A stretch of 64,000 nucleotides of DNA from a bacterium (GTDB taxonomy: Bacteria > Zhuqueibacterota > Zhuqueibacteria > Residuimicrobiales > Krinioviventaceae). The DNA lies in NCBI GenBank assembly GCA_963675755.2, contig CAXXMD010000002.1:1792001-1856000 (forward strand), given 5' to 3'. The notes under the pieces were generated by a model. It ran no database searches. It was given only the letters and a program-made list of their open reading frames with translations, and was not told the origin of the DNA. A program made the translations under genes and the position numbers. This document shows, piece after piece, positions 48,362 through 58,365 of this stretch; the stretch's first letter is position 1, and each line of letters starts with the position of its first letter.

Positions 48362-51028
48362 ATGAAAAATCATTTTGTTCTTTCGGTCCTCATTCTAATT
48401 GTTTTTATTACGTTTTGCACTTCCAATCAACCTCAAACCAACAACAAAATTATACTCAAAAACAATTGGCTGCTTCAATCATCTGCAAAACTTTTACAGG
48501 ATGGCAAAACAATTTCATCGGACGACCTGAATCCGGATGAATGGATCCCCATACAGGTTCCGACAACAGTTCTTGCTGCACTTGTGAATGCAGGTGTCTA
48601 TCCCAATCCCTATTACGGCCTGAATCTTAAATCCATACCCGGCTATAAAGAAGGCAGATGGCTTGCAATGGATAAAGACAGCCCCTTTTATCCCTCCTGG
48701 TGGTACAGGACCGAATTTAAAGTCCCCTCTCATTTCAATGGAAAAAATTTATTTTTGCATTTTGATGGCATCAACTATAAAGCCAATATATGGCTCAATG
48801 GTAGTCTTGTTGCAGATACCAGTACTGTAATTGGAATGTTCAGACGGTTTGAATTCGATATATCTCAATATATAAAAAATGATAAAAAAAACATTCTTGC
48901 GGTTGAAATATTTGCCCCCGGCAAGATACCAGACATAAAGTATTCGACCAAACAACTTGAAGCAACAACTGGCTGGGATGATCATAACCCACAACCGCCA
49001 GATCTCAATATGGGTATTTGGAGAAATGTTTCCATTTCCTATACAGGTCCTGTAAAAATAAGCCATCCCTATGTTGTAACCGATTTGGATCTGCCCTCTC
49101 TTGACCAGGCCCATTTGACCATATCTGCTGAACTAACCAATGTTACTGATCAGGAGATTAGTGGAATGTTTTCAGGCAGCATTGAGAAAATACAATTTGC
49201 TCAAAACATTACACTCGCCCCAGGAGAAACCCAAACAATTACGTTTACTCCTGAAAAGTTTGAACAATTAAACATAAAAAATCCCCGTATATGGTGGCCG
49301 CATCCGGTGGGGCCGCAAGAATTGTATAATGCTGAACTGGCTTTTCATGTAGACAATCAAATTTCGGACAATCATAAAGTCCAATTCGGGATACGGGAGG
49401 TATCCACATACATCAATGATGACGGTTGGAGAGGATACAAGGTAAACGGTAAAAACATCCTGATTCGCGGTGGTGCCTGGATGACAAGTGATATGTTGCT
49501 GCGTTTGACTCCCAGACGCTATGAAGCGCTTGTCCGCTACGCCCGGGAAGCCAATTTAAACATGCTACGTTCGGAAGGATTTTCCATCAGAGAAACAGAC
49601 GAATTTTACAACATGTGTGATAAATACGGCATTATGGTTACCCAGCAGATTTTTGGTAGAAATATTCCGGATGAAGATCTGGCTGTTGATATTGTTAAAG
49701 ATATGATTTTACGTGTACGAAATCACCCGAGTCTGGTTCACTTTTTGGGACATGATGAGACATTTCCTACAGAGCATCTCGATGCAAGTTATAGGGAATT
49801 GATAAAAAAATATACACCTCAAAGAAGTTATCAGCCCCATTCTGGTGCATTTGAACTGGAGAACCGTTTTAAAACCGGAGGAACCCGCACCGGAACATTG
49901 GAATTATGGACCTACGCTACACCCTCACATTACTATACGCATAAAAATGATGGTGCCTGGGGATTTGCCCAGTCTGGCGGTATTGGGGGAATTGTAATGC
50001 CCTATTCAAGTATCAATAAAATGATGCCTAAAAGCGCACAATGGCCCATTAATAATGAGACATTTTCTTTCCATACTGTATTACAAGGTATCGAATATTT
50101 TGATCTTGTGATCAAATCTTTAAATGAACGCTATGGTACTCCTAACGGTATACAGGAATTTTGCACAAAAGCGCAGGCATTAAATTATGAAAGCGCACGT
50201 GGAATGTACGAAGCGTATGGGCGCAATAAATACGACGCACTTGGTATCACTACCTGGAAATATGATATGGCATGGCCTGCAGCAATAAGCTGGCAATATG
50301 TAGACTGGTACCTGAATGTTGGCGGAGCCTATTACGGAGCGAAAAAAGCCTGTAATCCACTTCATGTACAGTATGCTTATGATGATCAATCGATTTATGT
50401 TATAAATAATTATTATGAATCATTTGATGATTTGACAGTTTCAGCCCAATTGTATAATTTTGACATGACTGAAAAATTTTCAAAATCAGTGCAGATCAAC
50501 ATAAATCCTGATGATAAAATCAAGGCTCTTTCTATTGATTGGCCACAGGATTTAAGCACAACCCACTTTTTGGATATGACCCTAACAGACAGTCAGGGAA
50601 ATGAAATCTCAGATAACTTTTACTGGCTATCAACAGTCCCAGATATTCAAGGTGAAAAAGGCTATAAAAGGACAGATCAAGGTTGGGGTATTCTTGATGC
50701 AAAGCCCAAATCTTTTGCTGATTTTACAGCATTGAATGATCTACCCAATGTTAAACTGGAATCAGAAATAGAACTCAATTCAGCTGAAAAAGAAAACAAG
50801 GCTATAGTACACATTAAAAATCCGGAAAAAAATCTAGCTTTTATGGTCCATTTGTCAATAATTCGGGCTGATGACGGTACAGAGGTTACACCTGTGTATT
50901 GGGATGATAATTACTTTAGTTTATTACCCGGTGAAGAAAAAACAATTACATCCCGTTATTCTATCAATGATTTAAAAGGACAAAAAGCTCAGGTTAAAAT
51001 TGACGGATGGAATATTATTACAGAGTAA
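48362..51028 (+). CDS. Glycoside hydrolase family 2, exo-beta-D-glucosaminidase/beta-mannosidase-like
   Basis: VPTTVLAALV, FDGINYKANIWLNG, NMGIWRNV, ILIRGG, RNHPSL, YWDDNYFSLLPGE. Confidence 0.87.
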   Translation: MKNHFVLSVLILIVFITFCTSNQPQTNNKIILKNNWLLQSSAKLLQDGKTISSDDLNPDEWIPIQVPTTVLAALVNAGVYPNPYYGLNLKSIPGYKEGRWLAMDKDSPFYPSWWYRTEFKVPSHFNGKNLFLHFDGINYKANIWLNGSLVADTSTVIGMFRRFEFDISQYIKNDKKNILAVEIFAPGKIPDIKYSTKQLEATTGWDDHNPQPPDLNMGIWRNVSISYTGPVKISHPYVVTDLDLPSLDQAHLTISAELTNVTDQEISGMFSGSIEKIQFAQNITLAPGETQTITFTPEKFEQLNIKNPRIWWPHPVGPQELYNAELAFHVDNQISDNHKVQFGIREVSTYINDDGWRGYKVNGKNILIRGGAWMTSDMLLRLTPRRYEALVRYAREANLNMLRSEGFSIRETDEFYNMCDKYGIMVTQQIFGRNIPDEDLAVDIVKDMILRVRNHPSLVHFLGHDETFPTEHLDASYRELIKKYTPQRSYQPHSGAFELENRFKTGGTRTGTLELWTYATPSHYYTHKNDGAWGFAQSGGIGGIVMPYSSINKMMPKSAQWPINNETFSFHTVLQGIEYFDLVIKSLNERYGTPNGIQEFCTKAQALNYESARGMYEAYGRNKYDALGITTWKYDMAWPAAISWQYVDWYLNVGGAYYGAKKACNPLHVQYAYDDQSIYVINNYYESFDDLTVSAQLYNFDMTEKFSKSVQININPDDKIKALSIDWPQDLSTTHFLDMTLTDSQGNEISDNFYWLSTVPDIQGEKGYKRTDQGWGILDAKPKSFADFTALNDLPNVKLESEIELNSAEKENKAIVHIKNPEKNLAFMVHLSIIRADDGTEVTPVYWDDNYFSLLPGEEKTITSRYSINDLKGQKAQVKIDGWNIITE

Positions 51029-51034
51029 TCCAAA

Positions 51035-51073
51035 AATAAAGCACTTTTCAAGTTGATCGAAAAGTGCTTTATT
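51035..51073. terminator. Bidirectional terminator between convergent genes
   Basis: AATAAAGCACTTTTC...GAAAAGTGCTTTATT. Confidence 0.8.
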
Positions 51074-51103
51074 GATTTTATTTGCTAACGATTATGGCGT
51101 TGT

Positions 51104-51889
51104 TTATTCCAAATACGTTTCAAGAGTCGGAATTACATTGAATTCTTTTTGAATAGCCTCATACTCTTTTTCAATTTCCTGAATATTTCGGGGATTACTT
51201 TTTTGTGCCCGCAGCATAATATTCTTGTCCGTATACCGGGATGAAACAAATTCCAGGATATCTGTTCGGTATCCATGCATTTCAAGCAGCAATGCACGAA
51301 GAGAATCACCAACCATGTATACCAGTCTTTCTTTAAATATACGATGTTTGGTAATACCCGTATAATGATGCCTGCGCAAGTGTTTCTTGATAGAATGCTG
51401 ACAACAGGAAACCGATAAAATACAGGTTGCCTTGTGCCTTAATCCCAGATGCAGGGTCTTGTCTGTAGCCAAATCGCAGGCATGCAGAGAATAGACCAGA
51501 TCCACATTTCCGCCAATCTGAAAATCAGCAATATCGCTGGCATGAAAATTCATATTTTTAAATCCAAATTCATTTGCCTGCTGATAACATTTTTCCATCA
51601 GGCGGGCATTGGTATCTATACAATGAATTGTGAGTTTACGTGGATTTATATGGGTATAATAATAATTCAATAAATAACTCAGATAACAGTTACCCGCACC
51701 GCAATCAATAAATACCAGATTCCGCTTTGGGGAATAGTTTTTTACACGGGCATGTACCATTTCCAGATAAGCCAGTATCTGTTCAATCTTGGCTGCCTTG
51801 TCCATGCTGGACTCGTTTTCAACATTCTTGAGTTTAAGTTTTTGGAAAAATGCGTTTAGCTTTTCCTTTTCATCACGTTCATAAAACAT
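51104..51889 (-). CDS. SAM-dependent methyltransferase (Methyltransf_32-like)
   Basis: DCGAGNCYLSY, SLHACDLATD, SCCQH, EFVSSRYTDKNIMLRA; GGAG RBS before ATG 51889. Confidence 0.88.
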   Translation of the reverse strand: MFYERDEKEKLNAFFQKLKLKNVENESSMDKAAKIEQILAYLEMVHARVKNYSPKRNLVFIDCGAGNCYLSYLLNYYYTHINPRKLTIHCIDTNARLMEKCYQQANEFGFKNMNFHASDIADFQIGGNVDLVYSLHACDLATDKTLHLGLRHKATCILSVSCCQHSIKKHLRRHHYTGITKHRIFKERLVYMVGDSLRALLLEMHGYRTDILEFVSSRYTDKNIMLRAQKSNPRNIQEIEKEYEAIQKEFNVIPTLETYLE

Positions 51890-51956
51890 AACAGTCTCCA
51901 ATAAATGACAGAGGTGCGTTATGTATTATGTGATGGGAAAAAAATTAAGAAATGTA

Positions 51957-52090
51957 GAAATACCATCCTGTAGATAGACCAATTACACAACTCACCCCTG
52001 GTGAGTAAATAAAGATTAAAAATTGTGTAAGGTTTTTTTCTACAGATCCAATTTTGCCAACAGGTTCAGGCAAAAATGGAAAGGCATCTC
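51957..52090 (-). ncRNA. Candidate structured cis-regulatory leader RNA (unassigned)
   Basis: Nested complementary segments forming a multi-stem junction in the 5' leader of the methyltransferase. Confidence 0.4.
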
Positions 52091-52299
52091 CGTTTAGATT
52101 AATGTTGAATAAAAGATATGAAAATTTTTAAAAAAATCACAAAAGAATTTTGCATTTTTTTCAGAATATGGTTTGGTTTTCCAGGCCCAATTCCCGGACA
52201 GTCGATACTCAAATCCGTCTTAAAACCGGACGGTTTTGAACTCAGGGACCGGAGCCACCAAGTTAGCAGCTTGGTCACATTAAAGGGCTAATAAAACGT

Positions 52300-53331
52300 C
52301 TATTCTCCAATTTTCCGATGATAGAGCTTTATATATTTTACAACGCGATCCAAAACCTCCCTGGGTTGTTCTAAAACAGCCCGGGGTTCCTGTGGAGTAA
52401 CAATTTCATAAAACCAAAATTCATCAAAGTATCCATCATCCACTATTTGTTTGACCGGTTGCATATCCTGCTCCATCATCAACTGCGAAACAATTGCTTC
52501 CGCTTCTTCTTCACGGATAAACATTAAATTATTGTCAACCGTGTTCAATACAGATTCCGCGTATCCCGGTTCAAACTTCCACAATGCTTTAGTCAAAGCG
52601 TATGCCATCCATTCATCATTAAAAAATACTTTGACCTGCTTGTCCTCTTTATAAACCTTGTATTGTGGATTAAATACCCAGTCATCCCAGCCCAGGTCAG
52701 CCTGTTTATAATAATAAATCATCATTTTCTTTAGCACCTGATGATTGCGGTTTAAAAGATGAGCTCTCGTAATATAATCGATTGTTTTTTCACTATCGCC
52801 TTTATTCCAAAATGTATCTGCCAGAAACCAATGCGCAATATAATCGATAGGATTCATTTCAATAGCTTTTTTAAAATAATATTCCGCACTGTCATATATG
52901 GCCTGCATAAAAAAAACATCCGCAATCATTGTGAGCGCATAAGAATAGGATGGATTATCTTCAAATACCTGTCTGAACAAAGCCTTTGAGAGAATATAAT
53001 TTTTATCCTGAAACAAGGTTTCAGCCTGGTTCAACTTTTCAATACTGCTGTCATCTAACGAGTATTCAGACCAAACCAGATCACCGTCTCGATTTTCAAC
53101 ATATAATTGATTAGAGAGTACAAATGATGAATCAATTGTGTACGGGATCTCTTTATCCAAATCACCCAATACATAGGTTATTTTGGAATCTTCCATAATC
53201 TTGTACATTTCAGCAGGACTGTGAAAAGTTGTTTCCTTTTTAAAAGATGTGGATTGAGTATTTCCGGAAAAGACAATAGCAGTATACAGCAATAATGACA
53301 AGACAATACCAAAACCCGATTTTGTTTTCAT
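52300..53331 (-). CDS. Secreted tetratricopeptide repeat protein
   Basis: Signal peptide; YDSAEYYFKKAIEMNPIDYIAHWFLAD TPR pattern. Confidence 0.82.
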   Translation of the reverse strand: MKTKSGFGIVLSLLLYTAIVFSGNTQSTSFKKETTFHSPAEMYKIMEDSKITYVLGDLDKEIPYTIDSSFVLSNQLYVENRDGDLVWSEYSLDDSSIEKLNQAETLFQDKNYILSKALFRQVFEDNPSYSYALTMIADVFFMQAIYDSAEYYFKKAIEMNPIDYIAHWFLADTFWNKGDSEKTIDYITRAHLLNRNHQVLKKMMIYYYKQADLGWDDWVFNPQYKVYKEDKQVKVFFNDEWMAYALTKALWKFEPGYAESVLNTVDNNLMFIREEEAEAIVSQLMMEQDMQPVKQIVDDGYFDEFWFYEIVTPQEPRAVLEQPREVLDRVVKYIKLYHRKIGE

Positions 53332-53475
53332 CTCCAACTCCTTTTATTTTATCAATAAAATCAAGTGGATGAATTTTCAATTAGAGGATTCCCCAATTTT
53401 CCACCCGATTTTATAGTAAGAGATTAAGAAATCAAAATCAATATTTTTTTGAGCGCAGGTTATGGATAATACTTT

Positions 53476-53638
53476 CGTTTGGGACAGAACTGACACGGAT
53501 AAACTCTGTTTATCCAACACATTAAAGTGCATATCGAAAATATTAATCAATTCATTACTAAAATCATCTTTACTATCGGTTCCAGGGCAGAGCCCCGGAA
53601 CCAGGACTGTAAGGGCGGACCTGCGTGTCCGCCCTTAT
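53476..53638. repeat. Mosaic REP cluster
   Basis: GGATAAACTCTGTTTATCC; GGTTCCAGGGCAGAGCCCCGGAACC; GTAAGGGCGGACCTGCGTGTCCGCCCTTA. Confidence 0.75.
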
Positions 53639-53686
53639 CCTTTCGCAAGACTCCAGGCAAACCAGTGTAACAAAAAAAATCACAAT

Positions 53687-53747
53687 TATGTAAATTATAC
53701 TTGACATATGTAAATTATTTTTGTATATATGTAAAGAATAATTAACA
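53687..53747 (+). promoter_or_regulatory. Promoter with three overlapping putative XRE operators
   Basis: TTGACA(53701)-N17-TATATA; TGTAAA-N6-TTnACA-like boxes at ~20 bp spacing. Confidence 0.65.
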
Positions 53748-53764
53748 AAAAGAAGGAAATCCTG

Positions 53765-53995
53765 ATGAAATTGGGAAACAATATCCGTCGTTTACGCTTT
53801 GACAATAACGAAATGTCTCAGCAGGATCTGGCAGATGCAGTTGGGGTAACACGCCAAACTATCTTTGCGGTTGAAAAAGGCAAGTTTGTTCCTTCTGCCC
53901 TGTTGGCTCTAAAAATAGCCCGCCATTTTAATAAAGATTTTAACGAGGTCTTTTTTATAATAGATGATAAAGATCTTGATGGGAGGATGAAATGA
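53765..53995 (+). CDS. XRE-family HTH transcriptional regulator
   Basis: NNIRRLR...MSQQDLADAVGVTRQTIFAVEKGKFVPSALLALKIARHF. Confidence 0.93.
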   Translation: MKLGNNIRRLRFDNNEMSQQDLADAVGVTRQTIFAVEKGKFVPSALLALKIARHFNKDFNEVFFIIDDKDLDGRMK

Positions 53996-54912
53996 AACAA
54001 ACACCACTCAATCCAAAAGGATTAAAAATACTGGTCAATTTATCACTGGTATTTGTTGTAATTTCAACGCTGCTTATGCTGTATAACGCTGTTGCTTATC
54101 TTGATTTTACAGAGCTGTTACAAAAGCCTGAAATTTACGGAATTATAGTAGCTGTCAACACCTTGATTATTTTTGTTACACAACTTTTATTCATCATTAC
54201 AATTATATATGCCATCAGTACTATAAAGATCATGAGATGGACGAGTATGGGGATTTTGCTAGTTGGAATCATTTCATTATTTTCCCTTTTTGGGCATTAT
54301 GGCTGCCTGACCGATATCGCCAAAGAGCTCCCCAGGGGACTGGAAGTGAACCGTGAGATACAAGCAATCTGGATTGCCATGTTCTGGCATTTCCTGTTTT
54401 TCATCTCTTTCTTTATCTATCTGATAAGGATCCGTCACTATTCAAACACTCACACCCTGGAACACTCTATGCTCATGTCTGAAAATCTGTATCTGATTAT
54501 GCATATTACCGGAGTAATTTGCGCGGGTCTGGGACTTTTTGAGATCGTATCAGAATTTTATATGGGCTTGTCGCCGCAAACCCGTCAATGGTTTGTTTTA
54601 CCTATTTTGTTAATCACCGTTGCTCCCTATTTGCTGGTTGCAGCAGGATGGTATTTTAACACCATTCGAGAGCACAAGGCAGGTAATATTGATGAGAAAC
54701 AAAAAATGGATATGATCCTTGCGGGCTATACTGCCTGGCTGGTATCCATACCCATTATGTTATTTTTATATATTTATCAGTATAATAATATACAGGGGTT
54801 GATCAGTATATTCTGGCTGCCCATTTATATTTTTACTACACTTTTTATCTTTTCCGCATGCAGCCTGCTTTACTATAAAAAAGGTTCATTTTCTCTAAAC
54901 GCAATGGAATAA
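53992..54912 (+). CDS. Polytopic membrane protein coupled to the XRE regulator
   Basis: About eight TM helices; DEKQ motif before the last TM pair; ATGA overlap. Confidence 0.8.
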   Translation: MKQTPLNPKGLKILVNLSLVFVVISTLLMLYNAVAYLDFTELLQKPEIYGIIVAVNTLIIFVTQLLFIITIIYAISTIKIMRWTSMGILLVGIISLFSLFGHYGCLTDIAKELPRGLEVNREIQAIWIAMFWHFLFFISFFIYLIRIRHYSNTHTLEHSMLMSENLYLIMHITGVICAGLGLFEIVSEFYMGLSPQTRQWFVLPILLITVAPYLLVAAGWYFNTIREHKAGNIDEKQKMDMILAGYTAWLVSIPIMLFLYIYQYNNIQGLISIFWLPIYIFTTLFIFSACSLLYYKKGSFSLNAME

Positions 54913-54919
54913 ACTCCTC

Positions 54920-54968
54920 TCCCGGACTGTATATATTGATAGTTTTTAGATACAGTCCGGGAATTTTT
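54920..54968 (+). terminator. Intrinsic terminator
   Basis: TCCCGGACTGTAT...ATACAGTCCGGGA then TTTTT. Confidence 0.7.
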
Positions 54969-55251
54969 GTACATTTTTTTCTCTTTCTTTCTAAAATACT
55001 ACACTTTAATTTAACACACTTTTCATAAATTTTACTTGAATATAAAATAAATCATTTATATTTTCCAAAAGCAGTATAATCAGTATATTAATTTACAAAG
55101 GGGATCCAATCGGCAAGATTAAATACTATTAATTCAAATTAAATAATATTTAAACAGGCTATTAACTGGTACCTTTTGGTATTATATATATTTTCACTCC
55201 ATATTGTAATATCAAAGATACATAAAACCTTACCTGATGTTGGAGGTCTAG

Positions 55252-58200
55252 ATGATAAAAAAGCTACTGTATTTTTTAATTGCACTATCCGCATTTCTTC
55301 TTTTTTCAGGTTTTACAAACGATAATTCAATCACATTACTCACCCAGGAACAATTGGGACGAATTGACGGCAGGCTGCACACTTTGTTTAAAAACCAGTC
55401 AAGTTCCAGCCTTAGAACTCAGGCAATGACCAAAGATCCCTATCTCGCAACGCAAACATCAGTTATTGAAAGAAAAGATGGTTCTGTGGCGTATGGTGTT
55501 GTTATACGCACAGATGATCCCGATGCATTGATCAATGCGGGTGTACCGGTTAACGCTGTTATTACTGGTTATGTTACAGCATATCTTTCACCTGAGCAAA
55601 TGATTTCAGCACTCGAGATATCCCAGGTTACGCATATAAGTCTGGGTTCAATGTCTTATCCTAAAAACGATCTGGCAGTTGGCAGTATTGGGGCAGATTT
55701 ACTGCACAACAGCTATTTGAACAATACCGAATACAAAGGTAGTGGTGTATTGGTTTGTATTATAGATACCGGTATAGACTGGGAGCATTTGGATTTTCGT
55801 GATCCTGTAGACAATACAAAAAGCCGCATTCTCTATATCTGGGACCAAACACTGACAGCAACCGGTGGAGAAGGTACCCCGGCAGACAGAGACCCTACTA
55901 ATTTTGGTACATTAGACACCGGGGTTGAATATACTCAGGCAGATATTGAAGATGAAATTGACGGTTCGCCCGCAGGTTTTGTAAGAGAAGCGGATATTAA
56001 CGGACATGGGACCCACGTAGCAGGCTCCGCAGCAGGTAATGGTGCTGCGTATTCCAGTAAAAGTTATGCCGGAGTAGCACCGGAAGCAGATATTATTGTA
56101 GTCAAAGCCGGTAATGGCAGTTTTTCAGACACTGATGTTATAAACGCATTGGCATATGCGCAAAAGATGTCAGAAACCCTGGGCAAACCCATTGTTGTGA
56201 ATATGAGTCTGGGAGGACACAAAAATGCTCATGATGGTACAAGTTCTGAAGAAGTTGCTGTTGATGATTTTACCGGCGCAGGACGCGTAGCTGTAATTGC
56301 CGCGGGTAATGAAGGCAGCGATCTCATCCACTTTTCCGGTACAGTTCCAGGAAGCAGTACTACAGATGTGACCATTAGCATTCCATCCTATTCAGATAAT
56401 TCAGGAAATGTTAATGATTATTTGGGATTACAGATGTGGTATGATGATGCTTCAGATGTTTCCATGACTATTGATCCTCCCAATATTGCTCCTTTTACAG
56501 CAAATGCCGGTGATAAAGGTGTCTGGCCGATTACTACAGACGGCACCGTCTATGTTGAAAACGAAATTGACTCTGATTACACCAATGGTGATCGAAAACA
56601 CACCATTGAAGTTTATGATGCAACTGAAGCAGAACCTCCCGCTGATGGCACCTGGACAGTAACGTTAACGAATAATACCGGTTCTGCTGTAGATTTTCAC
56701 GGTTGGCTATATATGCAAACCATGACAGTTAATATCACCGGTGCTAATACAAATTATACAGTAGGCAAGCCCGGTACCGCATCCAACGCAATAACTGTGG
56801 GTGCATATACCAGTCGATGGCGTTTTTCTAATACGTCAGGAAGCGGATTGAGCTACACGGGTACGGAAACATCTGATGATAAAGCTGGTTTTAGCAGCAT
56901 TGGTCCCAGACGTGACGATGTTCAAAAACCCGATATTGTAGCTCCGGGTATGGGCATTTTCTCTTCGATGTCACAAAGTGCTTCAGTAAGTTCATCAAAT
57001 ATTGCTCCCGGAGACCAACATTTCTTAACTCAGGGTACCAGCATGGCATGCCCGGTAACCACTGGGGCAGTTGCCTTGTTATTGGAAGCCAACCCAAACC
57101 TGACTGCTGCTGAAGTAAAATCTTTGATCACCAGTACAGCCATGACAGACACATATACTGGCGGTTCATTACCGGATTATGAATGGGGATACGGCAAGCT
57201 GGATATTTTCAAAGCCGCCGCTAAATTACAGGATTCCGGGACTACATTAGACCGGGAAATATTGGCATATGATACCTGGAGTGGTGATGCATCACAAGCT
57301 GTTTTAGTAAATGAAAAAATTGCTACACGTTTTACACCTTCATTAAGTGGTAAAGTTACCGGCTTTTTTTATCACCCATCAACAACAGTTACAATAACCG
57401 GCCCCATGTATGCAGAAATTTGGTCAGATAATGGCGGACTTCCAAATGCTAAACTGGGAAGTACCGTTACAATTAATCAAAATGATATTCTCCCTTATTC
57501 ATGGAACTTTGTTGATCTTTCATCAACAGGTGTTAGTGTTGCAAACGGCACAGACTATCATGTTGTTTTATATTTTTCATCCGGAACTCAAATATATATC
57601 CGATATGATGGTGGTTCCGTTGATAACCGCTCGTCAATGGATACCGGAGGTGGTTGGGCAGCTTATGGATCTGGCGATTTCCGCATGCGCCCGGTCATTA
57701 CTACAGATGAAAACACCTTGCTGGCCGCCAAAGTATTTCTACAAGGCCCATACGATACAGTGAATGATGAAATGACTACCAACCTTAATGCGTCAGACAT
57801 TCCTACAACTTCACCCTATAGTGAAGATGCAAGAACTGTTTCTTCTATCCCAACTGATATTACCGATTGGGTTCTGGTACAGCTCCGCAGTACCATTGAT
57901 GGCAGTGCGGTTGTCTCTCACAGTGCATTTTTGCACAAAGACGGACGAATTGTTGCAGATAATGGCACTTCTGGTGATATTCCACTGGCTGTTGATGCAG
58001 GAAGTTATTATATTGTTGTAAAACATCGCAATCATATTGCGGTGATGAGCGACGAAACCCACGGTCTTGCAACCAGCAGTTCAACCCTGTATGATTTTAC
58101 AACAGGAACAGATAAATACAGGGACGCGGCAGGTAAAGAACTGGAAACAGGAGTTTACGGCATGTATTACGGAGATACGGATGCTTCGGGAACTGTTGAT

Positions 58201-58341
58201 GCCAGTGACAGAGCTGCAACCTGGAATGACAGAAACAATACAGGTTACCAGGACAGTGATTGCGACCTTTCCGGCACTGTAGACGCCAGCGACAGAGCAG
58301 CAACCTGGAATAATCGCAATGTTACCACTCACATTCAGTAA
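55252..58341 (+). CDS. Secreted S8 subtilisin-family serine protease with C-terminal dockerin-like module
   Basis: Triad IIDTGID / GHGTHVAG / GTSMACP; KVFLQGPY...DWVLVQLR...KHRNH module; duplicated D.SGTVDASDRAATWN.RN. Confidence 0.93.
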   Translation: MIKKLLYFLIALSAFLLFSGFTNDNSITLLTQEQLGRIDGRLHTLFKNQSSSSLRTQAMTKDPYLATQTSVIERKDGSVAYGVVIRTDDPDALINAGVPVNAVITGYVTAYLSPEQMISALEISQVTHISLGSMSYPKNDLAVGSIGADLLHNSYLNNTEYKGSGVLVCIIDTGIDWEHLDFRDPVDNTKSRILYIWDQTLTATGGEGTPADRDPTNFGTLDTGVEYTQADIEDEIDGSPAGFVREADINGHGTHVAGSAAGNGAAYSSKSYAGVAPEADIIVVKAGNGSFSDTDVINALAYAQKMSETLGKPIVVNMSLGGHKNAHDGTSSEEVAVDDFTGAGRVAVIAAGNEGSDLIHFSGTVPGSSTTDVTISIPSYSDNSGNVNDYLGLQMWYDDASDVSMTIDPPNIAPFTANAGDKGVWPITTDGTVYVENEIDSDYTNGDRKHTIEVYDATEAEPPADGTWTVTLTNNTGSAVDFHGWLYMQTMTVNITGANTNYTVGKPGTASNAITVGAYTSRWRFSNTSGSGLSYTGTETSDDKAGFSSIGPRRDDVQKPDIVAPGMGIFSSMSQSASVSSSNIAPGDQHFLTQGTSMACPVTTGAVALLLEANPNLTAAEVKSLITSTAMTDTYTGGSLPDYEWGYGKLDIFKAAAKLQDSGTTLDREILAYDTWSGDASQAVLVNEKIATRFTPSLSGKVTGFFYHPSTTVTITGPMYAEIWSDNGGLPNAKLGSTVTINQNDILPYSWNFVDLSSTGVSVANGTDYHVVLYFSSGTQIYIRYDGGSVDNRSSMDTGGGWAAYGSGDFRMRPVITTDENTLLAAKVFLQGPYDTVNDEMTTNLNASDIPTTSPYSEDARTVSSIPTDITDWVLVQLRSTIDGSAVVSHSAFLHKDGRIVADNGTSGDIPLAVDAGSYYIVVKHRNHIAVMSDETHGLATSSSTLYDFTTGTDKYRDAAGKELETGVYGMYYGDTDASGTVDASDRAATWNDRNNTGYQDSDCDLSGTVDASDRAATWNNRNVTTHIQ

Positions 58342-58365
58342 CGATTTACCGGAGGATAGATAAAA

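Noticed and set aside
51957-52092. Fluoride (crcB) riboswitch
   Set aside because: GGAGAUG and CUAC resemble it, but the pseudoknot pairing and AAACCGC/GCUGAUGAC elements are missing; kept only as an unassigned structure.
53462-53704. 80 aa ORF upstream of the XRE gene
   Set aside because: Spans a REP cluster and the promoter.
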